From: Propionivibrio dicarboxylicus
GTDB taxonomy: Bacteria > Pseudomonadota > Gammaproteobacteria > Burkholderiales > Rhodocyclaceae
Reading direction: 5' to 3'
Length of the DNA stretch: 32,000 nt
Assembly (NCBI GenBank): GCA_945902805.1
Contig: CAMDMZ010000039.1
Location: forward strand, 308 to 32,307
The position numbers and the translations under genes are program-made. Position 1 is the stretch's first letter, and every line of letters starts with the position of its first letter. A model generated the notes under the pieces. The model had not been told where the DNA came from. It saw nothing but the letters and a program-made list of their open reading frames with translations, and searched no databases. Shown here one piece after another: positions 1-8,504 of this stretch.

Positions 1-767
1 AGACCGACCATCAAGTCGCCGATCGTGGCGTAGCCCTTCAAATAGACGTCTTCGTACTTGACGTTGCGCCACAGCCGTTCGACAAAGATATTGTCAAACA
101 CCCGCCCGCGCCCATCCCTGCTGATGACGATCTTTTCGCGCTCCAACACGCCGGTGAAGGCGGCACTGGTGAATTGCGCTCCCTGATCACTGTTGAAGAT
201 TTCCGGCTTGCCGTGAAGGCGCAGCGCATCCTCCAGGCAATCGACGCAGAAGACAGCCTCCATACTGTTGCTGATCCGCCAACTGAGTACGCGCCGCGAG
301 TACCAGTCAATGATGGCCACCAGATAGACGAAACCATGCGCCAGGCGGATGTAGGTGATGTCGGTGCTCCAGACCTGATTGGGCCGCACGATCGGTACGC
401 CCCGCAGCAGGTACGGGTAAACCTTGTGCTCCGGATGCTTGCGGCTAGTGTTGGGGCCGGGCGCCATGCCGGCCAGTCCCATCGAGCGCATCAGCCGCTG
501 TACGCGCTTGCGATTGACGAGATGCCCTGCCTTTCCGAGATAGACGACCATTCGACGGCTGCCATAGAACGGGGGCCGGGTGTATTCCTCGTCAATCAGC
601 CGACTGACCAACAGATCCGTTTCGTCCACCGGTCGTGCCACCATGTGGGCGTAATGCGTGGTGCGCGATACGCCGGCAAGCTCACATTGACGTACCACGG
701 CTACGTCGTTCGCTGGGCTGATCCATGCTTGTCGCGTCACGGCAGGCTGATCCCGGACTTTTTTTGA
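1..767 (-). CDS. IS3-family transposase OrfB (DDE integrase-like catalytic part), 3' end outside the window, no own ATG
   Basis: Hand translation from the A-run gives KKVRDQPAVTRQAWISPANDVAVVRQCELAGVSR...WSTDITYI...NSDQGAQFTS...ERLWRNVKYE with no stops down to position 1. The ORF track misses it because it has no start codon. Confidence 0.8.
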
Positions 768-1035
768 GCCAATCCAGCTCAACCTTCAGTCGGCCAATCT
801 CGCCGTAAAGCCGATCAGGTTCCTGGTGTGCGGCGACCGGCTTCGGGCCTCGCTTGCCTTCAAACAGGGTTTTGGCCTGCTCCAGAATTTCCTTCTTCCA
901 CAACCCGACTTGCGTTGGATGTACCCCATACATCTGGCTGATCTCGTTGATCGTCTTCACCCCGCGGACGGCTTCCAATCCTACTTTCGCCTTGAACTCC
1001 GCCGTCGGTACATTTCGCTTTTTCAACTCGCTCAT
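682..1035 (-). CDS. IS3-family transposase OrfA (HTH DNA-binding subunit)
   Basis: ATG at 1035. The 117-aa product has an HTH region (INEISQMYGVHPTQVGLWKK) and a leucine-zipper-like tail (LYGEIGRLKVELDWLKK) ending at an A-run, the classic IS3 OrfA layout. Confidence 0.85.
   Translation of the reverse strand: MSELKKRNVPTAEFKAKVGLEAVRGVKTINEISQMYGVHPTQVGLWKKEILEQAKTLFEGKRGPKPVAAHQEPDRLYGEIGRLKVELDWLKKSPGSACRDATSMDQPSERRSRGTSM
759..765 (-). other. A7 homopolymer (T7 on plus strand) at the orfA/orfB overlap: presumed recoding site
   Basis: The minus strand reads CTC AAA AAA AGT CCG in the orfA frame. The orfB frame (..AAA AAA GTC CGG GAT..) begins here. Confidence 0.6.
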
Positions 1036-1100
1036 TTAGCGTTTCCCTCTTGACAGCTCACAACTTAATTCGCTGTCTTGAATTCGGGATCCACTTTACA

Positions 1101-1921
1101 CGCTCAAACGTCGTCTCGCGGCTGATCGACTTCGGTTCCGAACGGGTGACGACCGGACGCGAATCGATGCCGCGTGCCACATCCCATAGCCACGCCGCGT
1201 AGCTGTGACCAAAGTTGGCCTGCAGGACTTCGGGTTCTGTATCGGCCAGTTCAGCAATGGTTTCGATCCCGAGAGCAGCCAGTTTTTCGCTAGCTTTCGG
1301 CCCGATGCCATTGATCTTTCGCACCGCCAGCGGCCAGATCCGGGTCGCGATATCCGCTTCGGTCAGGATCGTTATCCCATCGGGTTTTTCCAATTCCGAG
1401 CAGATCTTTGACAACAACTTGTTGGGCGAAATACCGATCGAGCAGGACAAGCCGGTCGCGTCTTTAACCGCCGCCTTGATCCGACGAGCCAGCGGCAGCG
1501 AATCTTCCTCCACGTCGGTCAGATCAATGTAGATCTCGTCAATTCCGCGATCCTCGATCTGCGGCGCAATCGTCGCCACGGCGGCCTTGAACAAACGCGA
1601 ATAGTGGCGATACGCGTCGAAATCCACCGGCAGGATGAAGGCATCGGGCGCCAGACGGGCCGCTTTCATGGTGCCCATGCCCGAGAACACGCCCAGAGCG
1701 CGCGCTTCGTAAGTCGACGTCGTCAACACCCCACGCCCGACATAATCACGCAGACGGGCAAAGCGGCGCGAGCCGTCAGGCAATTGTTCCGGTTGCTGGG
1801 AACGTCGGCCGCCGATCACCACGGGGTAACCCTTGAGCTCGGGATAGCGCAGCAACTCGACCGATGCATAAAACGCATCCATGTCGAGATGGGCAATTCG
1901 GCGCGATGGTTCCGCCTTCAT
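1101..1921 (-). pseudogene. dinB: DNA polymerase IV (DinB, Y-family), 3'-truncated by the IS3 insertion
   Basis: The N-terminus MKAEPSRRIAHLDMDAFYASVELLRYPELKGYPVVIGG... is typical DinB. Homology-like sequence ends at ...SISRETTFER. The last 13 codons of the 1058..1921 ORF (VKWIPNSRQRIKL*) are IS-end sequence. About 273 codons remain, against roughly 350 in characterised DinB. Confidence 0.8.
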
Positions 1922-1996
1922 GCTGCCGCGAAACCATTGAAAAGCGCGCTGCTCCCACCACCTAATGCCCCATTACAGCAACTGGCCCGTTCAGTT

Positions 1997-2818
1997 ATGG
2001 CGCTTGGAATACTGATCGTCATCGCCTTGCTTTTCATGCTCTGGTTGATGGCCGATCCGCTACGCATTGAGTATCGGCGGCGACGTTTGCGCCAGCAAGC
2101 GTTCCCGGCGCCCTGGCGGGAAATCCTGCGCCAGCACGTGCCCTACGTGCGCTTGCTGCCCGCTGACCTGCAGATCCAGCTCAAGCAACTGATCCAGGTC
2201 TTCGTCGCCGAAAAGTCCTTCGTCGGCTGTGATGGGCTGGTGGTGACCGACGAGATGCGGGTGACGATTGCGGCCCAGGCCTGCCTGCTCATCCTGAATC
2301 GTCGCACGTACTATTTTCCAGGCTTGAAAGAGATTTTGATCTATCCGTCGCCGTTCATCGTGCAGCGCGAGCAACGCGACAAGCTCGGTCTGACCCAGAC
2401 GCAGAGCCGAGTCCTGGCCGGTGAATCCTGGGCGCAAGGCCAGGTGATTCTGTCGTGGCCGGACGTGTTGGCCGGTGCCGCAGTGGTCGATGACGGCAAT
2501 AACGTCGTGATCCATGAGTTCGCGCATCAGCTTGACCAGGAAAAAGGCTACGCCAACGGCGCCCCCGGCCTGCTCCAACGGCATCGATTCCATCGCTGGT
2601 CGCAAATTCTCGGTGCCGAATTCAAGTTATTGCAAGACGAGGTGCGCGACCAGCAGCCGGGGCTTTTCAATGCCTATGGCGCCAGCGACCCAGCCGAATT
2701 CTTTGCCGTCATTTCGGAAGCCTTCTTCGAGCAATCACAACGCTTTGCGGCCGAGCATCCGGATTTATACCGGGAACTCGGCCAACTCTATCGGATCGAT
2801 CCTCTGGCCTGGTCGTAG
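1997..2818 (+). CDS. mtfA: MtfA-like zinc metallopeptidase (peptidase M90 / DUF980 family) with an N-terminal hydrophobic anchor
   Basis: I chose the ATG at 1997 because the track ORF from 1604 overlaps dinB. HEFAHQLD zinc motif. Overall resemblance to E. coli MtfA (..ILIYPSPF.., ..ASDPAEFFAVISEAFF..). The N-terminus MALGILIVIALLFMLWLMA looks like a TM segment. Confidence 0.7.
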   Translation: MALGILIVIALLFMLWLMADPLRIEYRRRRLRQQAFPAPWREILRQHVPYVRLLPADLQIQLKQLIQVFVAEKSFVGCDGLVVTDEMRVTIAAQACLLILNRRTYYFPGLKEILIYPSPFIVQREQRDKLGLTQTQSRVLAGESWAQGQVILSWPDVLAGAAVVDDGNNVVIHEFAHQLDQEKGYANGAPGLLQRHRFHRWSQILGAEFKLLQDEVRDQQPGLFNAYGASDPAEFFAVISEAFFEQSQRFAAEHPDLYRELGQLYRIDPLAWS

Positions 2819-2823
2819 CCCGC

Positions 2824-3108
2824 TTACTCTTCGCAATCCGGAGCCGCCATTTCAGGCACCTCCAGATTTCCCTTCTCCGACTTCAAGAAATTGCGACTGA
2901 CCATGCAGGCATCCACTTTGCCGCACGACACCTTGCCCCCACCTGCGGCCTTCTGCGCCTCGGACATGCACGCGGACCGCGCTTTCATCATCTGCTCCTG
3001 AGTAGCGCTGGCCGAAAAATAGCGCGGCTGGTTAGAGCCCGATGTCACGCAACCGGCAAGTAGCCCCACTGCTGCTGCCGCCACGATTCCTTTGATAACG
3101 ATAGTCAT
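2824..3108 (-). CDS. small Cys-rich lipoprotein, unknown function
   Basis: ATG at 3108 is preceded by AAAGGAGCAATC. Signal peptide with lipobox (LLAGC). Five further Cys in a 94-aa product. Confidence 0.6.
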   Translation of the reverse strand: MTIVIKGIVAAAAVGLLAGCVTSGSNQPRYFSASATQEQMMKARSACMSEAQKAAGGGKVSCGKVDACMVSRNFLKSEKGNLEVPEMAAPDCEE

Positions 3109-3172
3109 GATTGCTCCTTTTTCACTGGTCAATGAATCAATAACGCCAACCCGGTTGGTAACTAACGCCGGA

Positions 3173-3730
3173 TCAGCGCACTAAAAGCTTGGTCGTCCGA
3201 TCAAGATCGCCCTCACGCGAACGCACCTCATCGCGCGCCCGATCGAGCCGGCGGTCAAGTTCGCGCAGTTCGTCGCGAATCTTGTGTTTGCGCTCCGGCG
3301 TAGTCTTGTCATTGCGCCGCTCACGCTCCAGCGAGGCTGATTGGCTATTCAATTGGTCAACGTCCTGACGCGCCGAATACACCGCATAGGCACTCCGGTT
3401 CAACTCCGCAAAGCGGCCGCTGACGGTCGGCGGACACACATTCTGGTAAGTCCGGCCGGCCAGACCTTCACGCACCGCGTTGTCAAAAACACAGTATTGA
3501 CGCAGTCCCAAGTCACGGCCCGACATATATCGATCCTGTTCCGGACGAATGCCGTACTCGGCGCAGGCTTTGCGATGTTCATCGAGACGGCTCGCGGTGT
3601 AACCCGCCATGCCGTCGCGGGTGCCCAAATCCTGCCAGTTCGCCGTGCGGCACTGGCCTTCATCGAGCGTTGCACAGCCAGCAACGAACAGGGACATTAC
3701 GAGAATAAAGGTGATTCGAGCGGAATTCAT
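3173..3730 (-). CDS. DUF2799-like lipoprotein with a charged coiled-coil C-terminus
   Basis: ATG at 3730 is preceded by GGAGG. Lipobox (FVAGC). The conserved-looking motif ANWQDLGTRDGMAG...YC is as I recall for DUF2799. The C-terminus is Arg/Glu/Asp-rich. Confidence 0.55.
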   Translation of the reverse strand: MNSARITFILVMSLFVAGCATLDEGQCRTANWQDLGTRDGMAGYTASRLDEHRKACAEYGIRPEQDRYMSGRDLGLRQYCVFDNAVREGLAGRTYQNVCPPTVSGRFAELNRSAYAVYSARQDVDQLNSQSASLERERRNDKTTPERKHKIRDELRELDRRLDRARDEVRSREGDLDRTTKLLVR

Positions 3731-3775
3731 GGGGCACCCTCCGAGCCTGATCTCAATGTGCGGAATGGTAACGCA

Positions 3776-3796
3776 ACGGCGCACACTTGGCGCCGT
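3776..3796 (-). terminator. GC-rich hairpin downstream of the MBL-fold gene (weak terminator candidate)
   Basis: 7-bp stem ACGGCGC / GCGCCGT with a 7-nt loop, located 26 nt after the stop at 3822. The tail is not U-rich. Confidence 0.25.
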
Positions 3797-3821
3797 CCCG
3801 CCAGCACCGACTTTTCATGGC

Positions 3822-4583
3822 TCATACGTCACGCCAGTCCAGCCCCTGGTCCTGATTCGCGACGGCGATCCAGTCCGGGGCACAACCGAGCACGGTGGCG
3901 AGCGCCGCGCAAGCCAGTTCCGGGCGATTGTTCTCTTCTGAAAGATGCGCCGCCACCAATTGATTTAGCCGCGAACGGTCGATTACCGCCAGCAGACCCG
4001 CTGCCGCCTCGTTATCGAGATGACCCCAGCGCCCGGCAATCCGCTGCTTGAGCGCACGCGGATACGACCCGCGCTGCAACAAGTCGCGATCATGGTTGCA
4101 TTCCAGCACCAGCGCATCGCAAACATCCAGGGCACTGATCATATGGGGCGTCACATGCCCGGCATCGGTCACAATGCCCAATCGCCGATCGCCATCCGAG
4201 ACCACAAACTGGACCGGCTCACGGGCGTCATGCGGCACCGTGAATGGATTCAGGTGCAGATCACCCACATGGAAGGCGACATGACTTTCGATGAGGGAAA
4301 ACTCGCCAGCCTGCAAACCGCGACGCTCCGCCATGGCGCTGCCATGCGTCATGTAAAGATCCCAGCCAAAACGGCGCGCACAGGCGACCGCGCCGCCGAG
4401 ATGATCGGAATGATCGTGGGTCACGGCAATGGCGACGATGCTGGCAGGCTCAACGCCCAAGCGCTGCAAACGGCGTGAGGTTTCGCGCGGACCAAAGCCG
4501 CAGTCGATCAGAACCCGAGTCCTTCCCGCTTCGACCAGCCAGGAATTCCCCCGGCTGCCGCTACCGAGTGCCGCGAATCGCAT
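3822..4583 (-). CDS. MBL-fold metallo-hydrolase (beta-lactamase superfamily)
   Basis: ATG at 4583 (the track start at 4589 is TTG). HxHxDH motif seen as THDHSDH. N-terminus MRFAALGSGSRGNS is typical of YycJ/PhnP-like MBL proteins. Confidence 0.75.
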   Translation of the reverse strand: MRFAALGSGSRGNSWLVEAGRTRVLIDCGFGPRETSRRLQRLGVEPASIVAIAVTHDHSDHLGGAVACARRFGWDLYMTHGSAMAERRGLQAGEFSLIESHVAFHVGDLHLNPFTVPHDAREPVQFVVSDGDRRLGIVTDAGHVTPHMISALDVCDALVLECNHDRDLLQRGSYPRALKQRIAGRWGHLDNEAAAGLLAVIDRSRLNQLVAAHLSEENNRPELACAALATVLGCAPDWIAVANQDQGLDWRDV

Positions 4584-4720
4584 CGACAAACCTTTTGAAC
4601 AGGAATCCCATTGATCCGGGTAATGAATAACGCATGACTTTGAATTCGCAAGTGGCGACGTATCGATGATACTGGCCCTTGATCAGTACTGAAACCATGC
4701 TGGACAAGGAAAACCCACGA

Positions 4721-7700
4721 ATGACTCGAAGATTCCTGGCAACAATTTTCCACTGCGCCGTTTTGCTGGCTTGGACGGCGACCCCGGCATTCGCGCAGGA
4801 AGACGATATCGATGGTCTGATCGAAAAAATCAACAGCAGTGCCGCCACGCGCGACGCACAAGCGCTTGTGGCAAACAATCCTCCCCAAACCGACGACAAG
4901 CACGAACTGGCGGTCTTTTATCACAAGCGCGGCATGGCCCATTTCACATTGGGGAACTATGGCCAGTCGGTGAATGATCTGCAAATCGCATTGCCGAACA
5001 ACATGCCGAATCGACTGACGCCTGGCGAATGGGGTGGCCTATGGCCAATTCAAAATGATTTAGGAAGCGCCTTGAGCAGAAATGGTGATTTGCTTTCTGC
5101 ACAAAAACATTGGCAAGCCATTGCAAAGGATCACCCGCCGGATAGCTTCGTTCACTTTTTTTGCATGAGCATGCTTTCAGGAGTTCAAACACGACTCGGC
5201 GATTTTTCTGCTGCAGATGGAACCCTAAAGGAGGCGGATGTAGCCTTGGATCGAATGAGGAGTACCAAGGATTGGCAATGGATTGGTTATAACGCACTGA
5301 AAGTGAGCCAAACTCAGCATGCTGAATTGGAACTCGCAAAAGGCAATGGGATGGATGCCGAGCGCCTCTATAGGCTTGCCTTAGGCAACGCACAAGACTA
5401 TTTCGCCAGCCAATCACGCTATCAACAATGGGTACGAATAGCTAAAGCGAGTCTTGCCCACGCAAGGGGAAACTTAGCAAGGATTCTTGCTACGCGAGGC
5501 AAGCTTGGCGAGGCAGAATACTTTGCGCAGGAACGTGTTGACGATGCAATCAAGTCTTCCGGTCCGAGGTCAATTGAGACTTCTCAAGTACTTGCATTGC
5601 TCGCTTATATTCGCCACCAATCGGGCAATCTCGCCGGCGCCGAAAAGATTTACCGACATGCTGTCGCGGTCGGACTTAAATCCGGTACCGCATCGAGTCA
5701 GCGTGCGGATCTTGGAAGTCTGCTGGTCGAGCAAAAGAAATGGACGGAAGCGGTAACGGTATTCAATGACCGAGCCACCGCACTTCAATCAAGTACGGAG
5801 ACACGCTCCTCAATTGTCGATTCCGTCAGTTGGGCCATGGCGCTGCATCGGTCTGGCTCTTCGCAGTTGGCCAAGGAAATGGCTGAGCGACTGCTTACGC
5901 TGCAACAGCAGCGGTCGGCCCCTAACCCATACTATCTTGCGCGTCTCCGCGGAATTTTGGGTATGAGCCTGACGACGCTGGGAGACTTACCCGCAGCACT
6001 GGTCGCGTTTCAACTAGCGCTTCCTGAACTTGTACAGTCCACAGGCATCAGCGTCTCTCGCGTGTTCTGGCGCACGGAAATACTGGAAGCCTACGTTGAC
6101 TTGCTCGCCCGACTACAGGTTGAACGAAAGCTTCCACCGGGACTCGACGCGGTCGCCGAGTCCTTCCGCATCGCTGATCTGGCCAGAGGGTCCAGCGTGC
6201 AGGCCGCGATTGCGGCAAGTGCTGCCCGCGCCCAATTGCCTAATGCCGCACTAGCGGAACTGGTCCGCCGCGATCAAGACGGTCAGAATCAGGCTCTCGC
6301 ACTCGACAAAATTCTCGCCCGACTGGCCACCGTACCGGAGGCGCAACGATTGAACAAGGTTATAGCCGACATGCGTACGGAAGTTGAACGCTTGCGTGCT
6401 GAACACATCACTTTGCAGGCGGATATTCGACAGCGCTTCCCCGAATATGGCGAACTGATCGACCCGAAACCCGCCACCCTGGCCGCTGTCGGCAAGGCGC
6501 TCGCCCCCGGCGAGGCGCTGGTCTCGATTTACTTGGGGGAAACTCAGTCCTACGTTTGGACAGTGGGAACACAAGATAAGACCAGCTTCCGTGTCGTGCC
6601 CATGAGCCGTGCCGCCGTCGCCGATGAAGTCGCGCAACTACGTCTGAGCATGGTCTTCAAAGACGACGAAGACCAGCCCCCTGTTTTCGATATCGCTCGC
6701 GCCAGCAAACTTTATCAAGCGTTTCTCGCCCCCGATGCCGGACTCTGGCAAGACGCCAAGGTGCTTTCCGTGATTCCCCATGGTGCGCTCGGGCAGATTC
6801 CATTCGCGCTCTTGCCTACTGGGGCGGTACCGGTTGCAAAGGAAGGCCAGGCGCTCGACAAAGCCATTCCGTGGTTGATACGCAAAGTCGCCATCGCCCA
6901 ACTACCGTCGGCCAACGCGTTTCTGGCACTACGTCGGTCGCAAGTCTCGCGCACCGAACGTGGATCGTTCATCGGCTTTGGTGATCCAATTTTCGTCGCC
7001 AATGCCGGACTGACAACCAAACGCGGCCGCGCACGGAATCTGCAAATCGGCAAAGAAGCCGATACGGTGATGGAACAACTCAGCCAACCAAAATCCGGCA
7101 GCCCATCAGTCTCGACGAAGACGCCGGCAACGGCAAGCCTACGTTTGACCAACGCCTTCCAACATCTTCCGGCCTTACCCGATACCGGCGAAGAACTTCT
7201 GGAAATTGCGGCCGCGCTCAAGGCGGATGTGGGGCGCGATGTGTATGTTGGACGCCGTGCCACAGAAACACAGGTCAAGCAAACCAATCTCGAGCAGCGC
7301 CGGGTTGTGGCATTTGCCACCCATGGCATTGCTTCGGGCGAACTAACCGGCCTGGATCAGCCGGCACTGGCGCTTTCGAATCCGGCTCTGACGGGAGAGG
7401 CCGATACCGACGGATTCCTGACCATGGACGAAGTGCTTGGGCTCAAGTTGGATGCCGACTGGGTGGTGCTTTCTGCCTGCAATACGGCAAGTTCGGATGG
7501 CAAAGCGTCCGAGGCGGTGTCGGGTCTTGGTCGAGCGTTCTTCTTCGCTGGCGCGCGAAGCCTGCTGGTCACAAACTGGGCCGTGGAAACCACATCGGCC
7601 CGTTTACTGACAACGTCGCTATTTCGGCGCGAAGTTGAAAATCCAGCCCTGACGCGCGCCGAAGCCTTGCGCCAAGCGATGCTGGATGTAATGAATTCCG

Positions 7701-7786
7701 GTGATGAGAAAATCGGTCTGAGCTACGCGCACCCAGCCTTCTGGGCGCCGTTTTCGCTGGTCGGGGATGGTATTGGACGTCGCTGA
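4721..7786 (+). CDS. exported TPR-repeat / CHAT-domain protein (caspase-like peptidase fold)
   Basis: ATG at 4721 with AAGGAA 10 nt upstream. Signal-peptide-like MTRRFLATIFHCAVLLAWTATPAFAQE. Long helical-repeat region. C-terminal CHAT-type dyad: AFATHGIAS (His codon 7322-7324) and VVLSACNTAS (Cys codon 7478-7480). Confidence 0.75.
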   Translation: MTRRFLATIFHCAVLLAWTATPAFAQEDDIDGLIEKINSSAATRDAQALVANNPPQTDDKHELAVFYHKRGMAHFTLGNYGQSVNDLQIALPNNMPNRLTPGEWGGLWPIQNDLGSALSRNGDLLSAQKHWQAIAKDHPPDSFVHFFCMSMLSGVQTRLGDFSAADGTLKEADVALDRMRSTKDWQWIGYNALKVSQTQHAELELAKGNGMDAERLYRLALGNAQDYFASQSRYQQWVRIAKASLAHARGNLARILATRGKLGEAEYFAQERVDDAIKSSGPRSIETSQVLALLAYIRHQSGNLAGAEKIYRHAVAVGLKSGTASSQRADLGSLLVEQKKWTEAVTVFNDRATALQSSTETRSSIVDSVSWAMALHRSGSSQLAKEMAERLLTLQQQRSAPNPYYLARLRGILGMSLTTLGDLPAALVAFQLALPELVQSTGISVSRVFWRTEILEAYVDLLARLQVERKLPPGLDAVAESFRIADLARGSSVQAAIAASAARAQLPNAALAELVRRDQDGQNQALALDKILARLATVPEAQRLNKVIADMRTEVERLRAEHITLQADIRQRFPEYGELIDPKPATLAAVGKALAPGEALVSIYLGETQSYVWTVGTQDKTSFRVVPMSRAAVADEVAQLRLSMVFKDDEDQPPVFDIARASKLYQAFLAPDAGLWQDAKVLSVIPHGALGQIPFALLPTGAVPVAKEGQALDKAIPWLIRKVAIAQLPSANAFLALRRSQVSRTERGSFIGFGDPIFVANAGLTTKRGRARNLQIGKEADTVMEQLSQPKSGSPSVSTKTPATASLRLTNAFQHLPALPDTGEELLEIAAALKADVGRDVYVGRRATETQVKQTNLEQRRVVAFATHGIASGELTGLDQPALALSNPALTGEADTDGFLTMDEVLGLKLDADWVVLSACNTASSDGKASEAVSGLGRAFFFAGARSLLVTNWAVETTSARLLTTSLFRREVENPALTRAEALRQAMLDVMNSGDEKIGLSYAHPAFWAPFSLVGDGIGRR

Positions 7787-7795
7787 TTTACCCGA

Positions 7796-8203
7796 TTAAC
7801 TCGCCCGCAATTCGATCAACAGGTCAGGATGTTTATCCAGCAACCGAAATAGATTGATCACCGCCGCTACCGGTTTGGCCTGTCCACGCTCGTAGCGGGA
7901 AAAGGCGTTCTTGCCTCCGCCCGCTAGGCGCGCTGCCTGTTGCTGAGTCAAGCCAAGTTTCTTCCGAATCCGGGCAAGCTCAGCCACCTCCTCGGCATCG
8001 ACTTGGTCACGAAACGCCAGCCACGTTGCCTCGTCTCCGGCATCATTGGCCGGAAATCCATCTTGGCATCGATCACAAAAAGCACCCTTTGACAGATGCT
8101 CATAGATATGGCCGCGATACTCGGTCTGGTGATTACGTATTCCATCGTGCAAAGTTCCTACATTGCAGAGGGGACAAACCTTGCCATGCCATTTTGACGT
8201 CAT
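7796..8203 (-). CDS. mqsA: type II antitoxin MqsA (zinc-ribbon + XRE-type HTH)
   Basis: ATG at 8203 with AAGGAG upstream. CPLC...CDRC zinc-ribbon cysteines followed by an HTH (LGLTQQQAARLAGGGKNAFSRYERG). Lies immediately downstream of mqsR. Confidence 0.85.
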   Translation of the reverse strand: MTSKWHGKVCPLCNVGTLHDGIRNHQTEYRGHIYEHLSKGAFCDRCQDGFPANDAGDEATWLAFRDQVDAEEVAELARIRKKLGLTQQQAARLAGGGKNAFSRYERGQAKPVAAVINLFRLLDKHPDLLIELRAS

Positions 8204-8204
8204 G

Positions 8205-8504
8205 TCACAACTCCTTGAACGACACCACGAAGTATTCACCAGATTGCTGGAACTTCACGTAAAGCGGTTTTCCTCGCCACTCGGCGCGATACACGTCCTG
8301 CCAAACTCGATGATCTTTTGCCGTAGTCATGCTTTTGTAGAACTCGGTACGAGACAACCCCCGCACCACATCAAGCGCATCTGTTTTCGCCATTCCGGCT
8401 GCCCGAATTCCATCTTGTGCTGTAAACGTCAAATTCATGTCCGCAACGCTGGTCATCTGCTCCTGGATCGCGCCGAGCAGGTAATGTGGTGTGCGCTTTT
8501 CCAT
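8205..8504 (-). CDS. mqsR: type II toxin MqsR (mRNA interferase)
   Basis: MEKRTPHY...FYKSMTT...VWQDVYR...VSFKEL closely parallels E. coli MqsR (MEKRTPHT...FYKSMTT...IWQDVYR...VSFKEK). 99 aa. Confidence 0.9.
   Translation of the reverse strand: MEKRTPHYLLGAIQEQMTSVADMNLTFTAQDGIRAAGMAKTDALDVVRGLSRTEFYKSMTTAKDHRVWQDVYRAEWRGKPLYVKFQQSGEYFVVSFKEL

Larger units (their letters stand above)
1..1100 (-). mobile_element. IS3-family insertion sequence, partial (continues beyond the left window edge)
   Basis: Minus-strand orfA is followed by an overlapping open frame that I translated by hand. It reads ...NQVWSTDITYI...IFNSDQGAQFTS...ERLWRNVKYEDVYLKGY, a DDE/rve-type IS3 OrfB, and runs off position 1. 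The outer end on the minus strand reads TGTAAAGTGGATCC starting at position 1100, matching the TG terminus typical of IS3 ends, exactly where dinB homology stops. Confidence 0.85.

Noticed and set aside
174-767. 197-aa plus-strand ORF inside the IS
   Set aside because: It is antisense to the IS3 OrfB frame, which shows the DDE-type motifs. The plus-strand product has no recognisable features.
1604-1996. N-terminal 131-aa extension of the MtfA-like ORF
   Set aside because: The extension overlaps dinB on the opposite strand and is Arg/His-rich. The internal ATG at 1997 gives a hydrophobic N-terminus followed by MtfA-like sequence.
4679-4720. TTG start at 4679 (or ATG at 4697) for the CHAT gene
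   Set aside because: The ATG at 4721 has an AAGGAA RBS at suitable spacing and gives a standard signal-peptide n-region (MTRRF). The upstream codons add no recognisable feature.
3822-8504. Reading the MBL hydrolase, TPR-CHAT protein and MqsRA as one multi-gene phage-defence system
   Set aside because: The genes are on different strands in divergent and convergent arrangement. The CHAT protein appears to be exported. No nuclease, ATPase or sensor partner is present. The MBL gene has native-like GC and looks like a housekeeping gene.
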